Below, in pieces: positions 38,418 through 51,700 of a stretch of 64,000 nt of DNA; positions within the stretch are counted from its first letter, which is position 1, and each line of letters starts with the position of its first letter. Where the stretch lies: positions 61,690,001-61,754,000 of the forward strand of contig OZ076410.1 in the NCBI GenBank assembly GCA_964187785.1, in the 5' to 3' direction. The notes beneath the pieces were generated by a model. The model did no database searches and was not told where the DNA came from. It saw nothing but the letters and a program-made list of their open reading frames with translations. Position numbers and translations under genes: made by a program. Source of the stretch: Amphiscolops sp. MND2022. Lineage: Eukaryota.

Positions 38418-40035
38418 GAACCCAAACTGTTCTACAACTCAAAAATTTTCGGCAACTTTAGGGTCAATTTGAGGAACTTTTCTAACATGAAGCTACAGAC
38501 ATCTCTTCCACAAGAAAGCCTACTGGACACCGAGTTTAGTAGTTGCTGATTGTTTCACCATTTTAACCCACGAAGTTGCTCAAAAATTGTACAACAAAAA
38601 TAGTAGAAAACGTCAAAAAATTGTAACATTCCCAGTTTTTCTTCCTACGTTGCGAAACTGCAAAAACATTTTCTTTTGGGAGGTTTACTGCATATCTAAT
38701 GATTTTGCTTGGATCTTACTGGAATTAATTAATTGATAAAAAAGTGAAATTCCACATAATATTTTTGAAAGTTGTGGAAATAAACTTTTCTGATATCTTT
38801 TCGAAACACTACAGGTGGCTACACGTTTCAGTCCGCATACTCGATACCGGGTTTAGTCTCTGCTGAGCTTTTAAAACCATTTCCTGCAAGGAAATATTTC
38901 AGAGATTTTATAAAAAAAACTGCAAAAAAGTAAAAAAAAAACATGAAAAGTGAAAATTCTCAGTTTTTGCAAAATTTGGGTCATTCCTAGAATTTTTTTT
39001 CATAAAATTGCATATTTTTCTTTTAAAAACATGACGTGGACCTAGTTTTGTCATCTGAGAATTTCCAAGTTTTTATGTTACCAAACGTTTATAATCTTAA
39101 GAACAAATCCACTGAAACTGTCAAATCTCGGCAAAAAACTTGACATTTTCAAACTTTCGCGGTAAATTTTGGGCCATTTTCCTACCGAATTCTGCAAAAA
39201 TTTATTCGGAAGCCTACTGGTTTATGAGCTCGATCTTGGTTGACGTTTGCAAGCATTCTAACTCCAAAACGATTCAAAAAGTACACATAAGTTGCCTAAA
39301 AAAGTGAAGAGGTTAACATTTTTCAATATTTTGACTCATTTTGAGTCATTCTGAAGTGTTTTGAGAAATTTTTATTTGAAAAGTGCAATTATGTCTTCTT
39401 AAAAAGCTACTGGACAACAAACTCTTTCCCTGTTGACCCTTTTCAAAATTCCAATCCACGAAAATTGTCGAAGCTTTGACAAAAACTGCATAAAAACTTT
39501 CAAAATTGGAAAATTTTTGGTCTTTTGTCAGTTTCGGTTTCGATATGAGAAATTTTTCATTCAGACGAAAACAGGAATTATCTCTTCGGAAAAGCCCACT
39601 GTACAACGAATGCGTGCCATGTTGAGCGTTTTCAACGTTCTAATCCACGAAGTCTAACGAAAACGTGACAAAAATTGCATGAAAAAGTTAAAAATCGGAA
39701 AATTTTGAGTTTTTATTTTTTTCGTGGTAGTTTTTGGTCATTATGGGGCCATTTTTGTCGGTCCCAAAAAATCCAAAAATCTCTACAAATGCATATCGCA
39801 CGAAGCTTAATTTATGTGAGTTGAATTCAATGGGTAACAACCTATAAAATTGAATAAAAATTTGGTGCTTGGCTTCCTTTCTCCTTTCCCATATGGAATA
39901 TGGACGGAAAATAACAATGGTCCGTTTCTGAAACAATTGTCCTAAACTCTGTGATGATTCTTTGTGAAACACAGTTAAACTAACTAGCTTATTGGAGCTA
40001 ACTAATGACGTTCATGAAATTATTCGCAACCGGGA

Positions 40036-40653
40036 TTCAACACAACCATATGGTTCCATAGGATAAGGTCATGTCGTTTCCATGCATTGATATGCATAGA
40101 ACTATGTAATGACGTTTACGTTTTCGTGATAGTTATAACTATAACATCAACTAATAATTAGTTCCGTACAATCACACCAACTTGCATCCAGCTATGCCTC
40201 GATGTTTATATCAAACTTCAATGTTTTCAGCGAATTTTGTATGAACGTGAAGATGATGTCAGCCAAACGACATTTCACACTTCGTTCAATTTCGTCAAAG
40301 TAAAATCGACTTAATTGTGTCGAAACGACGAGAAAGATGTCAGCTAATTATTACAGTCTCATTTTTTGAGCCGTGAAGTTCCAGCAAAACGCAAACACTA
40401 GAATAGCTTTCACCTCTTTAAAGAGATATTCTTCATTTTAATAGATGCTTCCGCTTCATTTGCTTTCGTACGAAACACCATATGATTTCATAAAAGTTCA
40501 TGCATGTGGTTTTATGTGGTAACAAATGATTCCATGCATGAAAGAGCATAGAAAGCATGGATGTCATGGTCCTATGTATGGAATTTCATGCAGTTGTGTT
40601 GAATATATTGTTCATGTATCGAACTGCATGGAAACTTGAATTTGGATCTGGGT
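40036..40653. mobile_element. CATG-rich foldback/MITE-like element
   Basis: attcaacacaac...ccatgc at 40036 is an imperfect inverted repeat of gcatgg...gttgtgttgaat at ~40555-40610. Confidence 0.55.
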
Positions 40654-40971
40654 TTTTCTGAAGCAAAGTACCAGCTTCTATCCAAATCTCAATCAGCGAA
40701 CACAATCAAAATAGAAAAACAAAATCACAAAATGAAAACCTTTTACTTTAAAATCTATCATTTGTGACTAAAATAGTCAATAATTTCTTGATCGTCAGCG
40801 TTATTTGACTACGTTACGTTTCAAGATTTTTCAGAAATTAGGCGTCAAAATTTCAAAAGGTGAGCACTTTGTCAAACTTACAAGAATGTTTTATTTAGGG
40901 TTTATGGAGAATTTTGGATGTTGGGTGCGAATTTCATTTTTTTTCACACTTCTTCTTTCCGGTCATGATCC

Positions 40972-42019
40972 ATGAGGCTGCAAATTCTCATTTCAAACAG
41001 TGTTACTATTCAATTCACTAAAAACTGGCATAGTTCCCGGAAAATCAATCGCTTTAACAAGAATGGAATTCGATCATCGAGTGAAAAAAGGAGAAAACGT
41101 GGCGGCCCGCCTCTGGATCCTTTGAATCAGCAGCAGGCCATATCATCTTTCCATCAAAATATAAAATTATCATTCAAGGTGGCATCTATGGAGCTTGATG
41201 TTTCCCAGACCACCATATTTCTAACAACCAAGCAAGTTGGACTCAAGATCTACAAATCAATCAGAGGCCACGAACTCGACCGAAGTAGCATGGAAAAACA
41301 AGTCGCATTTCCAGTCTTGCTCAATGCAGATTGCCCGGCATTTGAGAAATACATTTTGTGGACTCATGAGTGGTGATTGCTGACTCAAGCCCAAATGTCC
41401 AGAATGACAGACATTGGTCCGATTGAAGTCCATGCAGTTCAATATCAGGGGAATACACGAGCGAAGAGCTGGTTGGGCCTTCGCATCGTGCTTTTCTGTG
41501 TAAGCGATTCAGGAACGTTCAATATCGGTCAATCAACGGGTGTATCTGCATGGGCTCAAGAATGCGTTTCGCTCAGATGCGTGTACATCCAACAAAACGG
41601 AGCTACTTTTCACTGCACTGGCAAAGTACTGTGATCGTTAAGGCGGCATTATCAGTCGCAGAAGCAGTATCCAGTGGCTACTTCCAAGCTCTTTCGCTTC
41701 TGGACTACTGGCTCTGCAGAAGGATAAAGGGAACTCGAGGACTCCAACTGTTATCAAGTTATCAGTAGAATTGGGTAAAAGAAGTATTTGTACCAGAGAA
41801 ATTATAAGAGCTCTCGGAAACATTTGAAGGCGATTAGAACTGTGAGATCAGAATGGAGGGCATTTCCATCGCCTAATGTAGATGAATAAACTATTAAAGT
41901 ATCATAAACAACAGTTGCATTTATTGTTTAAAATTGGTTAAAAATTTGTTACTTACTGAATAATAGCTATTCAGATATTTCAAAGTAAAGTTGACACATA
42001 TTTCCTGAACAACCCTGTA
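40972..42019 (+). mobile_element. Tc1/mariner DDE/D transposase pseudogene with 3' TIR
   Basis: HTH-like region, ILWTHE (= ILWTDE), YIQQNGATFH (= QQDGAPxH), shifted-frame LLDYWL (= PLDYWLW); ends cctgaacaaccctg|TA at 42019. No matching 5' TIR seen. Confidence 0.8.
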
Positions 42020-43279
42020 GTTTGTTTAGAGTATGCCGAATATCTAAACCTTGTGCTGGTCTTCCATAAAGTAATGTTAGTGTCTTAATATTCCTTCCAG
42101 GGTATGAGAAATATTTTTATATTACAATGGTCATACTACGATTTCTGTATGGATTGTATGATTTTTGTATGGTAATTGCTTGACTGAGTTCATGATTTTT
42201 CATGATTAACATGTGTTTTGTAAGGTGGTCAAACTGATTTGTGATTTTCATTGAATGAATGCTTATTGAGACTTTAGAGTTAGTTTTTTAGGAGTCTACA
42301 GGAAAAACATGGGTTCGTGGTTTTTAGAATTCCACTAGAAGTGGTGAATCTTTCTGCTGAAAAGCAAGGGAACTAATATTTTTGTGGCTTTGAGTACCCA
42401 TGATTCCAAACTTAATGAAGGTTTAACTGTTGGCTTCACTTTTGTAGTGAATAAACTCGTGCAATGCTCGATCTTGCATTAGTTGAAATTGCGGAGAAGC
42501 TGGCTCGATCTTGCCTTCTGAGCTGTTCGTGATGGTTCCATGTATACAAGACTACTTTTTTGACAAACAACAGAAAATTTCGGTAGTTTTTCTGGGAAAA
42601 CATTGCATGATCACAATGCAATTAAAATTGAAACTTTATTTTTTTCGCCGTCCCGATTGCTTTGCTTTCATGGTTTGGTTTCTCTAGTTCTCAACATATA
42701 TAATTCCCGTTAGTCAAATTGTTTGCTGCATCATTGATGTCCTTGATCCAGCAAATGTCGTGCTGCCTTTTTCGTTACGAGTGTTCTCAAAAATGTTCTC
42801 AAAATGTTCTGATGGGTTACCCTCCCAATTATTCGAGTCAGCAAGTGTATGTACAACTTTAATTAATATTTTAATGCATTTTCCAAAAGTTTGGCGTCTT
42901 GCAAATAATGCCACTTGGGCAAAATCATGGGTCGGATTCTGCTGGTAGCTGAAATCTATTTACATTGTCCGAGTGTTCATTTGCTTGCAACCGGGAAAAG
43001 AAGTGCAATCTTCTTGAGAGATGAAAAGTGTCTGAGCTGTTAAAGAAGTTATAATATGCAACGAGCTTCTTTCCAAGGATCACTTTCCAAGGTACAATGT
43101 TTTTCTGCACGCGGTTTCTCGTAGTTTGGACATATTTGGTGTACACGTAAGTACGTACTTCATAGAAATATTGAGAAGAAACTAGAGGAATTCTACTAAA
43201 TTAGATACAAAAGTGATTAAATCATTTTTTATGACTCATAAACTAACGACTGAGTTTATAATCATTCACTCTTGGCTTT

Positions 43280-43485
43280 TTAAGATTTGCCGAAAACGAA
43301 GTCAGTGAGTTTTTCATCCTCGGGAATCCGCATGTCTTCGGGTTCGTGACCTCTTAAGTAGCGACATTTGCGCACATCATCCCACATCTTCTTGATTGAC
43401 AAGGTCTCCGCAGTCTCTTGCACATAACCCATGAACACAACTGCTTCGAAAATGCTGTTGAATTGTCTCGAGTTCGGAGATTTGC
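43280..43485 (-). CDS. Exon 5 (last) of coiled-coil/KCRYLR gene
   Basis: Acceptor tttctag, phase 1. KSPNSRQFNSIFEAVVFMGYVQETAETLSIKKMWDDVRKCRYLRGHEPEDMRIPEDEKLTDFVFGKS*. Confidence 0.75.
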
Positions 43486-44433
43486 CTAGAAATCAATCAT
43501 TACAATCCTAATCATAATTTTATATGTTGAACATGGGTTCAAAAAAACAAACATTTTTCAGCGCCGAGGATGTTTAGAAAATTAGAAAAACTATAACAAA
43601 AACGATTATTGGAGGGTTTTGCCAGCTCTTGCATGAATTGAAAAAAAATTCGGAGCAAAAAGTAGACAAAATTTTAATCCAAAAAAATTCGAATCCAAAA
43701 ATTTCAGTCAAATTTCGGGCCATTTCTGATCATTTCTGGTAGAATAAGGCCTAAATACTTTCTTGGAAAAACGTTTAAAATTACCGTATTTTGGTAGAAT
43801 AACGTCTAAAATCACTATCGTGTAGTCCTAAAATCCATTTTGCACTTTTTGGAAAAAGCTCTTGGATCCATCATTAGTTTTAGACATCGGGAATATGAAA
43901 CTAGAAAACCGGCATAAAAACTTTCATTTTTTAAAATAAATTTTAAAAACAGGGAAGTTTTTCAAGTTTTTAGAATATGCAGGAAAGTTTTTTCACAAAA
44001 TTTTCAATGCAGGGTCCCTGAAATTTCTTGACTTTATCAAAAATGATCCATGCGTGCATGCCTGCGCATGAAAAAATTCCCTGCAATCTCAACCCGGGCG
44101 CACTGGTAAAATATATTACAGTTTAAAACTGTTTAAAATTATTTCAATGTTTCTAGTATTTCTGAAGTATCGGACAACTTAGCCGATAACCTAACTCCAA
44201 GTCGCCCTAGACAAACACACAGAGGCCGTACAATGCAAATCATGCAATGACCATGTATGAAAAAGATGTTAGTCACTCCATGTGATTAAAATGTTTCTCA
44301 TTTTTGGCAACTGGTTCCCGTATGGAAACTTTGAATACCAGGTAAACACGGGTGTTTGGCCTTGAAATTGAAAATGGTGTCCAAAAGGGTCGAAATACCA
44401 CATTTTTCTCTCAGAACAACAGTTGCGAAAAGT

Positions 44434-44516
44434 GAAAAACCAGAGTTGTAAAATACAAATGCTTGCAGTCGGATCATCCGACTGCAAGCATTTGTATTTT
44501 ACAACTCTGGTTTTTC
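44434..44516. repeat. Perfect inverted repeat, 41-bp arms with 1-nt spacer
   Basis: gaaaaaccagagttgtaaaatacaaatgcttgcagtcggat-c-atccgactgcaagcatttgtattttacaactctggtttttc. Confidence 0.97.
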
Positions 44517-44651
44517 TATGGTTTTTACAACTCTGGTATTTTACAACTCTGGTAGTACGGTATTTCATTTTCCACGCGATGTGATGGTTATTTTTCTTAC
44601 TAATGTCCATATATAGACATAAAATCTCTATAGCATCTCTAACATACCCAC

Positions 44652-44947
44652 CGAGAAGTCTGGCCTTGGCAGAGAACTTTTCCTCTGTCTGAATCTCCAT
44701 CTCATGCACCCTCTTCTTGTACATGGTGGCTATAGAGTGCACCACTAGCTTCATGCGAGCCACCAACTTCCTCCGCCTCGCCTTCTTGTTCTTCTCCACC
44801 CTCTCTTCCCACGTCATGTCCTCTTCCTGGTAGATCATGAGCATGTTTTTACGCGTTTGTTCCGCTAGACGGCGTCGCTCCTCTCTCTTGGCTTCCTCCA
44901 TCATGCTGTTTGTTTTCAGACGTTCTATGTTCAGATGCACTCGTTCG
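44652..44947 (-). CDS. Exon 4 of coiled-coil/KCRYLR gene
   Basis: Acceptor tttttccttcag (phase 2 in), donor G|GTGGGT (phase 1 out). ERVHLNIERLKTNSMMEEAKREERRRLAEQ... Confidence 0.75.
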
Positions 44948-46417
44948 CTGAAGGAAAAAACAACTACCATTTCTTGCACTTATTTTTAAGGAAAAGCGCA
45001 TAATTTCTGATCATTCTTTCATCGATTTTCAGGGATGCCGCAAAGAGAAAACGTGTGGGGGCTTAAAGGTTGTAACCTATGAGCTCCTCTGGATTGTAAC
45101 GGGAGCCTCTGGCACAGCTGTTTTTGAAACTGACATATCAGAAATATTCTGAAAATTTCTACATCGACGTGTGACGTGGCACTGAGCATGTGATTGCTCT
45201 TTTCTCTGTTTTCGCCATTTGCAATGCAACAAGGGGACCGAGTATGACGAACAGCGAGAACACCGAGGACAGAGAAGCCTGAGCGCTTAGAGAAAACTCT
45301 GAAATAGTCTCTTTTTCAGGTGCTAACCCTGGTTTTCTTAGACTTGAGCATTATGCTACCTTATGTAGCGGAGACCAGCAAAATGAGTCTTTTGGCTTAA
45401 TTACCCCAATTTGGTGTTTGGAGTCCCTGCGCCCCAGCTTGTAGCTGTGTGGTTTGCCCAATTCGTGCCTGTTTTCATGTATTCTGATTGATTTTGGCTG
45501 TATTTACTAGCGCGCGCTAATTTAGATACTATTCGGCATTTTAGACGTTATTCCGATGTACCCTGGAATTGGAAAATTTACTTTGATCTTGGCGTTGTTT
45601 TTATCTGCTATTTAAGCGGTGGTCTTCAGAGACACAGGAAGATGCCCGTTACTATTGGAAATAAAAGACTAGGACCGGTTGGACGGTATTCGTGAAGCAT
45701 CAACGGCCTCGGGACGTATCTTACCCCTGGAGGCAAAATGGATCTGTGTTGATGGGCGCCTGTCCCGAGCGGTTTACCCATTTCTTCAGGTTCCTCCACC
45801 TCTGTTAACGTGTCAAGTGACCGACAACAGCTTGCCGTTACAGATTGTCATCCCGAGTTTTTCTAGCAGTTTATAATCTTGACGAAAAATGTCTGCAATA
45901 CATCAAATGGAAATTCAAAGCAGCTGAACTACTCGCAAAAAAATACCCGTCGCTTTTAAACAGAAAGACTTTCGAACGAAGTGTTTTTTCTATGATATTT
46001 TGGAGAAAAAAGTTATGATACAATTTTCAGAACGTTTTCAGTGAATAGCTACAGCAAATATTTATAGCTAATAGCAATGGGTAGGATCCATTCAAATTGA
46101 GATGTGATGTGGCAAAAGAAGTAGCTTCATTGATGTGTAGCATTTCTAAACAATTTCCGCTGGTCCTACTAGTTGGCGCTGTTTTTGAAAAGAAAACAAC
46201 AACTCTTACAGTGAGTAGATTTTCCTCTTCAGCTCACCATGAAGAGTCCATGCTTAAAAAAAAACTAGCCAAGGTCAAAAGATCCTCCTTCAGCAGTGTT
46301 CGAAAAACTTAATTTCACCAAAGAGTCCTCTTCGGCTGTTTCATGTTTCCACCTTCCCAATTTTTGAGCTTTAAACGGCGCACCAGCATGATCCGTTGTC
46401 GACTGGTTTATTCTTAC

Positions 46418-46625
46418 CTTAATGCCTTGAGCTTGGCCATGGCCTCGATGGAATCCTCCGAGGTCTGTTCGAGTCCCCCATTGGTGCGTCTCTCTTCCTC
46501 CAATCGCAACTGCTTATATTGCTGGATGACAGCCTCGAAACTCTTCCTGTTTATTTGTTCCCTTTGGTCCTCGTTCAGCTCAATTGGTCGTTCTTTCTTC
46601 TCCCGCATCTTTTTCAACTTCTCAC
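46418..46625 (-). CDS. Exon 3 of coiled-coil/KCRYLR gene
   Basis: Acceptor ttttccag (phase 1), donor AG|GTAAGA (phase 2). EKLKKMREKKERPIELNEDQREQ... Confidence 0.75.
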
Positions 46626-47154
46626 CTGGAAAATATATTGTGAATTATCGCAAGAACCAAACTATACCCCAACTGTCAAAGCTGCCGGATGGACCCGTTC
46701 TGCAACAATCAATCCTATGCCATGACATGTTAATTTTTTTATGCTGCCGGAAATCAAAACTAGTAACCATTATCAAAGATCACGTCGTTGTACATTGTTG
46801 ACAATTATGCTATATAATTATATAATTGATTCAAAAAACTGATTTGAAAAACTACAAACAACATTGATGAAATTCATTCGATTTCAGCTTCGCTTTTCAG
46901 GGTGTATACTCGAAGAGCAACTTCGCTCCTTTTACCTCATATTTGGGTGTTTTTTGAATGCCATTTGCTGTTTTCTTATAGCTACTCAATCTTATCATGA
47001 TTCTTCTTGACTCGCAAACTCATTCGACATTTCATGATAAACCATGGATATTATGGAAGTAATGTGTAGGAAAACCCATAAAGGATAGAGAACGATTTTT
47101 CATTAACAAAATTTGACAGACATCAAAGTATTTGAGATGATGAACATGGCTCAC

Positions 47155-47340
47155 CGGAAATGACTGGCATTGTGAGTTGTCTTTCTATCTGTCTGTTGAG
47201 TTCCTGCTTCCTCAGCCTTTGTTCTCTATTTATCTCCCACACTGACTTCGCCTTCTTCTTCCTCTGTTGACCCCAAACGCCCATCGTCTCTGGTCTCCCG
47301 CCTCCTGCTGTCCCAGGCCCGTGTACATCCCCTATGTCAC
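47155..47340 (-). CDS. Exon 2 of coiled-coil/KCRYLR gene
   Basis: Acceptor cctttaag, donor G|GTGAGC, phase 1/1. DIGDVHGPGTAGG...WEINREQRLRKQELNRQIERQL. Confidence 0.7.
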
Positions 47341-48688
47341 CTTAAAGGATACCTTTCTTTCTTTTTTTCTCATCAAGTTGTTCAAACTTTCTTTAGCCAA
47401 GACATCATTGCCTTGCTTTTAATCATGAAAACTACACTATTGTTTCAAAAGAATGAATCACAAGAGGATTGGGAGACGCTTGATAGTCAATGACATTTCT
47501 TTATTTGCTGTCAATCGGCGGGATCGATCCCCAAAAGGAATAGGAAATTACATCAATTCAATTCTTAACAATGTTCCTAGTTCGCAAACAATTTCCTTGT
47601 TGAAACCTTTGTCTCGAAAAGCATGCCATTGAGAAGAAGAACCACCTTTAGTTTGACTTTTATGTCTGAAAATTGGATGATTTCTTGAATTGTTCTTGCT
47701 GTATTTTCTCCAATTATCCGGCATCGTCTCCAGATTTCTTTTCTCCAGTGAAAACAACTCTTTTCCCATCGATCCTCTGTCTAATGCATTTTTACTCCAT
47801 GGCTTTTGTTTTTCCGTTTGTCTTCTTGTCGTTTATGTAGAAAACCCAAGGCTCTTCAGTGCTCGCAGTATTTTTCTTCTAGCAGCTTCCACTTTACATT
47901 TTTTCTGCATGTGACTTTTTTATGTTGCATCAATCGTGCAACTCCTCGTTCATTCAACTCATCCACTTTGGTAATGACTCTGGGTCGCCTTTGAGGTCCA
48001 TGTTTAACGCCATAAGTGTTTTTTTTGCGCTAAAGAAAACAGTTGATTTACTCAAGCCCAAACCCGTGCTGTTTGTTGTTATAAGATTGTCCGCTGATGG
48101 ATTTTGTTTTACAAGGAGTATCATCTCTTTGCAGTGCATTTTTCAAGCGTTAAACATATAATGAATCTGAATGGGAACTGGAAACGAGCAGTCAATTCCA
48201 ATAAGGCAGTGTTGTGAGATCGTCCAAAAAGTCTTGAAGTGCTTTCCGCTGACAGTTCGAGCACACCTGGTAGGCTGGTCCAAAAAGTATTGACGCGTAG
48301 TGTAAACAAAGTTTCAAAAGAGATTGTGTCGCTTGGAGTGCGAACAGCAAGCAAAGCGAATGTACATAATAATAAAAAGGTTGGCTCTGCAAGTGTTGTG
48401 CATTCTTGAGACTTTTGATCAGCCTCTGACCAAGGTTTATATTACGAATTTCAAAAGGTTTCTCTGTGGCAAGAACAAAGCTTTCAAAACTTGATAATAT
48501 TAAACTAGCCCGCCAAAAAGCTTCGACAAGCAGTTCGAAACAGTTGCAAAGTTCGAATATTGCTGAGTAAAGGGCGTATTTACGCAGGAGCATACTCCAA
48601 CAGAAAAATAACGCTAGTCTCTTGCCCCATGTACTAAAATAAGGCATAGCTTTAAGCTTCCTTTTTATTTTCCGCCGACATAAAATGG

Positions 48689-48879
48689 GGGAGGAAAATC
48701 ATAATCTGTGTTGCGTTTTTTTCCAATTCTGCCAAAACTCCACTTTATTACTCCATTTAGCATTTAGTAAGTAGTAATTTGGATATTTTAGTAACCGTGG
48801 CACAATTCGTAGTGCGTTTGTCTGGTGATGCGTTACATTTTTGGCAAAAAATATCCCGGTGCTTAGCGGGCGTCTTGTT
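48689..48879 (+). mobile_element. Second copy of the SINE-like repeat at 13887
   Basis: Shares the gggaggaaaatcata and cttagcgggcgtcttgtt ends. Confidence 0.55.
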
Positions 48880-48998
48880 ATTAAAATACGTTGATTTGTG
48901 ACAAAAACATCACCGGGAAAGCTTTTAGTTGAAATTGAAACGTATTACGCACGGTAGAATTGAAAAGCAATACGGGTTCCACTAAATGTCATTCTGAC

Positions 48999-49119
48999 CT
49001 GTTGTTTTTGGCCTTGAAGTTTTTCTACTGTTGGGCTTGTGACCACCGGCAGCAGATGTCAGCTCTGTCCTTTCCCGCTGGGCGGGTCCAAATGTAACAG
49101 ATCTTTGTAATTTTTCCAT
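48999..49119 (-). CDS. Exon 1 of coiled-coil/KCRYLR gene
   Basis: MEKLQRSVTFGPAQRERTELTSAAGGHKPNSRKTSRPKTT, donor G|GTCAGA phase 1. The five exons sum to 1017 nt = 338 aa + stop with no internal stop. Confidence 0.6.
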
Positions 49120-49904
49120 TTACAACTCAAGTTTCAAATTACAATTGAATTAGTAAATATTATTTAAGAAATCAATTGTTTCACTCTAACAGTATAAACG
49201 AGAAAACCGGAAATCGAAAATTAATAGAACAACGATAATTTTCAATGAGAGAAATGATTATGAGTTTCTATATCAGTTTAGCCCCTAAACGTTGTTCAAC
49301 ATTTTCAAGTTGTGGTAATTTTGCACCCTTCTCACATGAAAGGAAAATGCAGAACATATAAAGGGACCGCCTGAAATTGTCTGAATCGAGCATGCAGAGA
49401 AGAAACAATATCGATCATAAAATGACTGTAAACACTTTTCAGTTTTATCTCTTTTGACTCTACGTTTCTTACATGGTACGATTTAATCTATAGCTACGCT
49501 ATTGGTATTACATTTCACTGATGATTTTTGTTGATTTTTCAATCAGATGTTCAACTGGCGGCCAAAACGCAGCATGAAAAGTATTCACCTCTTTGACAGA
49601 TATTGAAGACAATGAGCTAACTCGGTGTCCTTACTCCGTGTTTCTGCTCGACACTTTTTGTTGACAAAAGTGCATCTAAAAGATTCTTAGAAAGTCAATA
49701 TAAGAAATAGTCGTTCTATATTTGAAGTAATTTTTTAACATAATTTTTTCGCCCTATTTGAAGTGTATTGAGAAGGAAACTTCTCTAATTTGACCTCCGC
49801 AGTCCATTTCAAGTCAAGAGCTATTCTGAATTAGATCATGAATGGATTGATGCTTTTTTGAAAAATTAATGTTCTAACATACAAACCCAACCTGCATTTA
49901 CGTT

Positions 49905-50900
49905 CCCGGAACGACCCTCCATGGATATCTTAGCAAGATCTCGGCAAGATCTTGCGAAGATCTTGGAAAATCTTAGCTAAGATCTTGCCAAGATATTGGC
50001 AAGAATTGCAAGATGTCATGGTAAGATCTTATCAAGGGAGCCATGTTGCCAGGAAAACTTTTATTGTAAAATCCTATTTGGAAAGAAAAAATCTGAAAGG
50101 AAGCCAACAAAATTCAAAATTTCTACAGATTTGTATTGTTAGACATTAAAACTTCTGTTAGCAATGTATAAAATTTGATTGAAGAGATATTTATTCAGGA
50201 AGACGCTGGTTAAATTGTTCTTTCAATTGCGAAACTGTCGCCAACAACGGCGTCAGAAAAACCTCGAGCTGAATCATTACCCAAATTAGTGCAACGACCG
50301 CCGTTTCTAGCAGTAACAAGGCTGCCGAAACATGCTCTAAGAAAGCTGGAAATATGAATTTTTCAAAAATTTCCGGATTTTAAGGTCTTTCCTTTGTAAC
50401 TTTCCGATAGTGGGTCTGGACGTTTGAGAGCATACTCTGAAGTCGACGGGAATGATAAATTACAAGTTTTAGGAAAGCCCTCGAAATGACTTTTCATTTG
50501 ATACATTCGCATTTTTCAGTCTTAAACAGGTGAGCAGTTATTAGGATTCTCATCAAAATTTCGGAAGCCAGACTACGTTATGGTAATTTTTCACTCACTT
50601 TTGAATGCAAAATTTTTCAGCATGTTTAAGCATTTTGATTATGAAAACGAGTATAAATAGTCGTTGTTGGGTGAAATGAGCCTTTAGATTGAGTCCCGGC
50701 TGCTTTTACCGAAGGTATAGTGTTTTTGACAATCCTAAAAGTTTGTCCATCGCGATAAGATACGATCTTGGAATAAGTATTATCTTAGTAAGAATCTTAA
50801 TAAGAATCTTGCCATGGGATCCATGGTTGCCAAGATGTAGTAAGAATTTGGCAACATCTTGCCAAGACAGCCAAGATGCTAGTAAGTGGGTCAACCCGGG
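49905..50900. mobile_element. ~1-kb foldback/MITE element with subterminal CAAGATCTTG arrays and CCCGG(G) ends
   Basis: Arrays of ~11-bp palindromic units at 49925-50050 and 50750-50880 around a unique core. Confidence 0.7.
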
Positions 50901-51409
50901 TTATAGTCGAGATGCTAGTGGTTCACTAAGCTGACCAAATAAATCCATTCTCAGCGTGTGATTAAATCAATCTGAACGCGCGATTACAGTCATTCTCAAA
51001 TTTGATTGGACAAAAATATATGCGAAAAATCGTACATGCAAAAAAACCAATAGATCATTACGATAAAGTAGTCAGCTATAGTCACATACGTCCAGTGCCC
51101 TAAATACAGAAGCGAAGCGGAGCGACGTGTCATCCGGCCATACCTCAAGGTTGCTACTTGGCGAAGGAAGTGAAGCGACGGGGCCATACGAAAAACACGC
51201 TAACCTCTTCAAAGAAATGAATTCAAATTTAAAAACTTATTTGGTTGGCTTAGAAAACGTCGGCACTGTGCACCGCCCCGTCGTGATAAGTTGAGATTAT
51301 CTAGATAAATCTACTCAAGCTGAAATCATCACCAACAAAACTATAATTCTGCAGTAATGATAATATTGGAAGCAACACAGCACGCGGAATCAGAGCAAAC
51401 ACGATGGGA

Positions 51410-51700
51410 ACGTCTAAAGTCGGCGCTATATCTAGGGCTCAAAAAGCGCAAAATCCTTAAAACTGTAAAAGGGGATCCTTTTGGCTTTTCGAAAATCTAG
51501 TTTGTTGCAAAATAAAATTGAATGGGTCATTTTGAGAAAAAATTGAAAAATTAAGTGTGAAAACTTTCGAAAAAAAAACAAAAAAAAGAGAATCTCGAAA
51601 ATCTCATGGCCGGAAAAAACTCGAAAGGGGAGAAAAACCCCTTGGGCATTTTGAAACTTCAGTTTGCTGCAAAATATCAAAAAAAACTTGAAGAAGGACC
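51410..51700. repeat. AT-rich dispersed repeat, interrupted by the Gypsy LTR at 51701
   Basis: gtcggcgctatatctagggctcaaaaagcgcaaa...aaaggggatccttt matches 5941-6010; it breaks at gaaggacc|tgtcatg. Confidence 0.65.

Noticed and set aside
44269-44651. C-terminal half of the 236-aa ORF with repeated TRVVKY
   Set aside because: It is intron 4. The repeats come from the palindrome and its tandem echoes.
46210-46417. In-frame read-through extension of exon 3 with several stops
   Set aside because: A consensus AG|GTAAGA donor at 46417 is phase-compatible with exon 4, so the stretch is intronic. An old alternative exon cannot be excluded.
47540-48650. Cluster of minus-strand ORFs inside intron 1 (nested gene?)
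   Set aside because: The frames are fragmented, with no recognisable domain and no consistent splice chain found.
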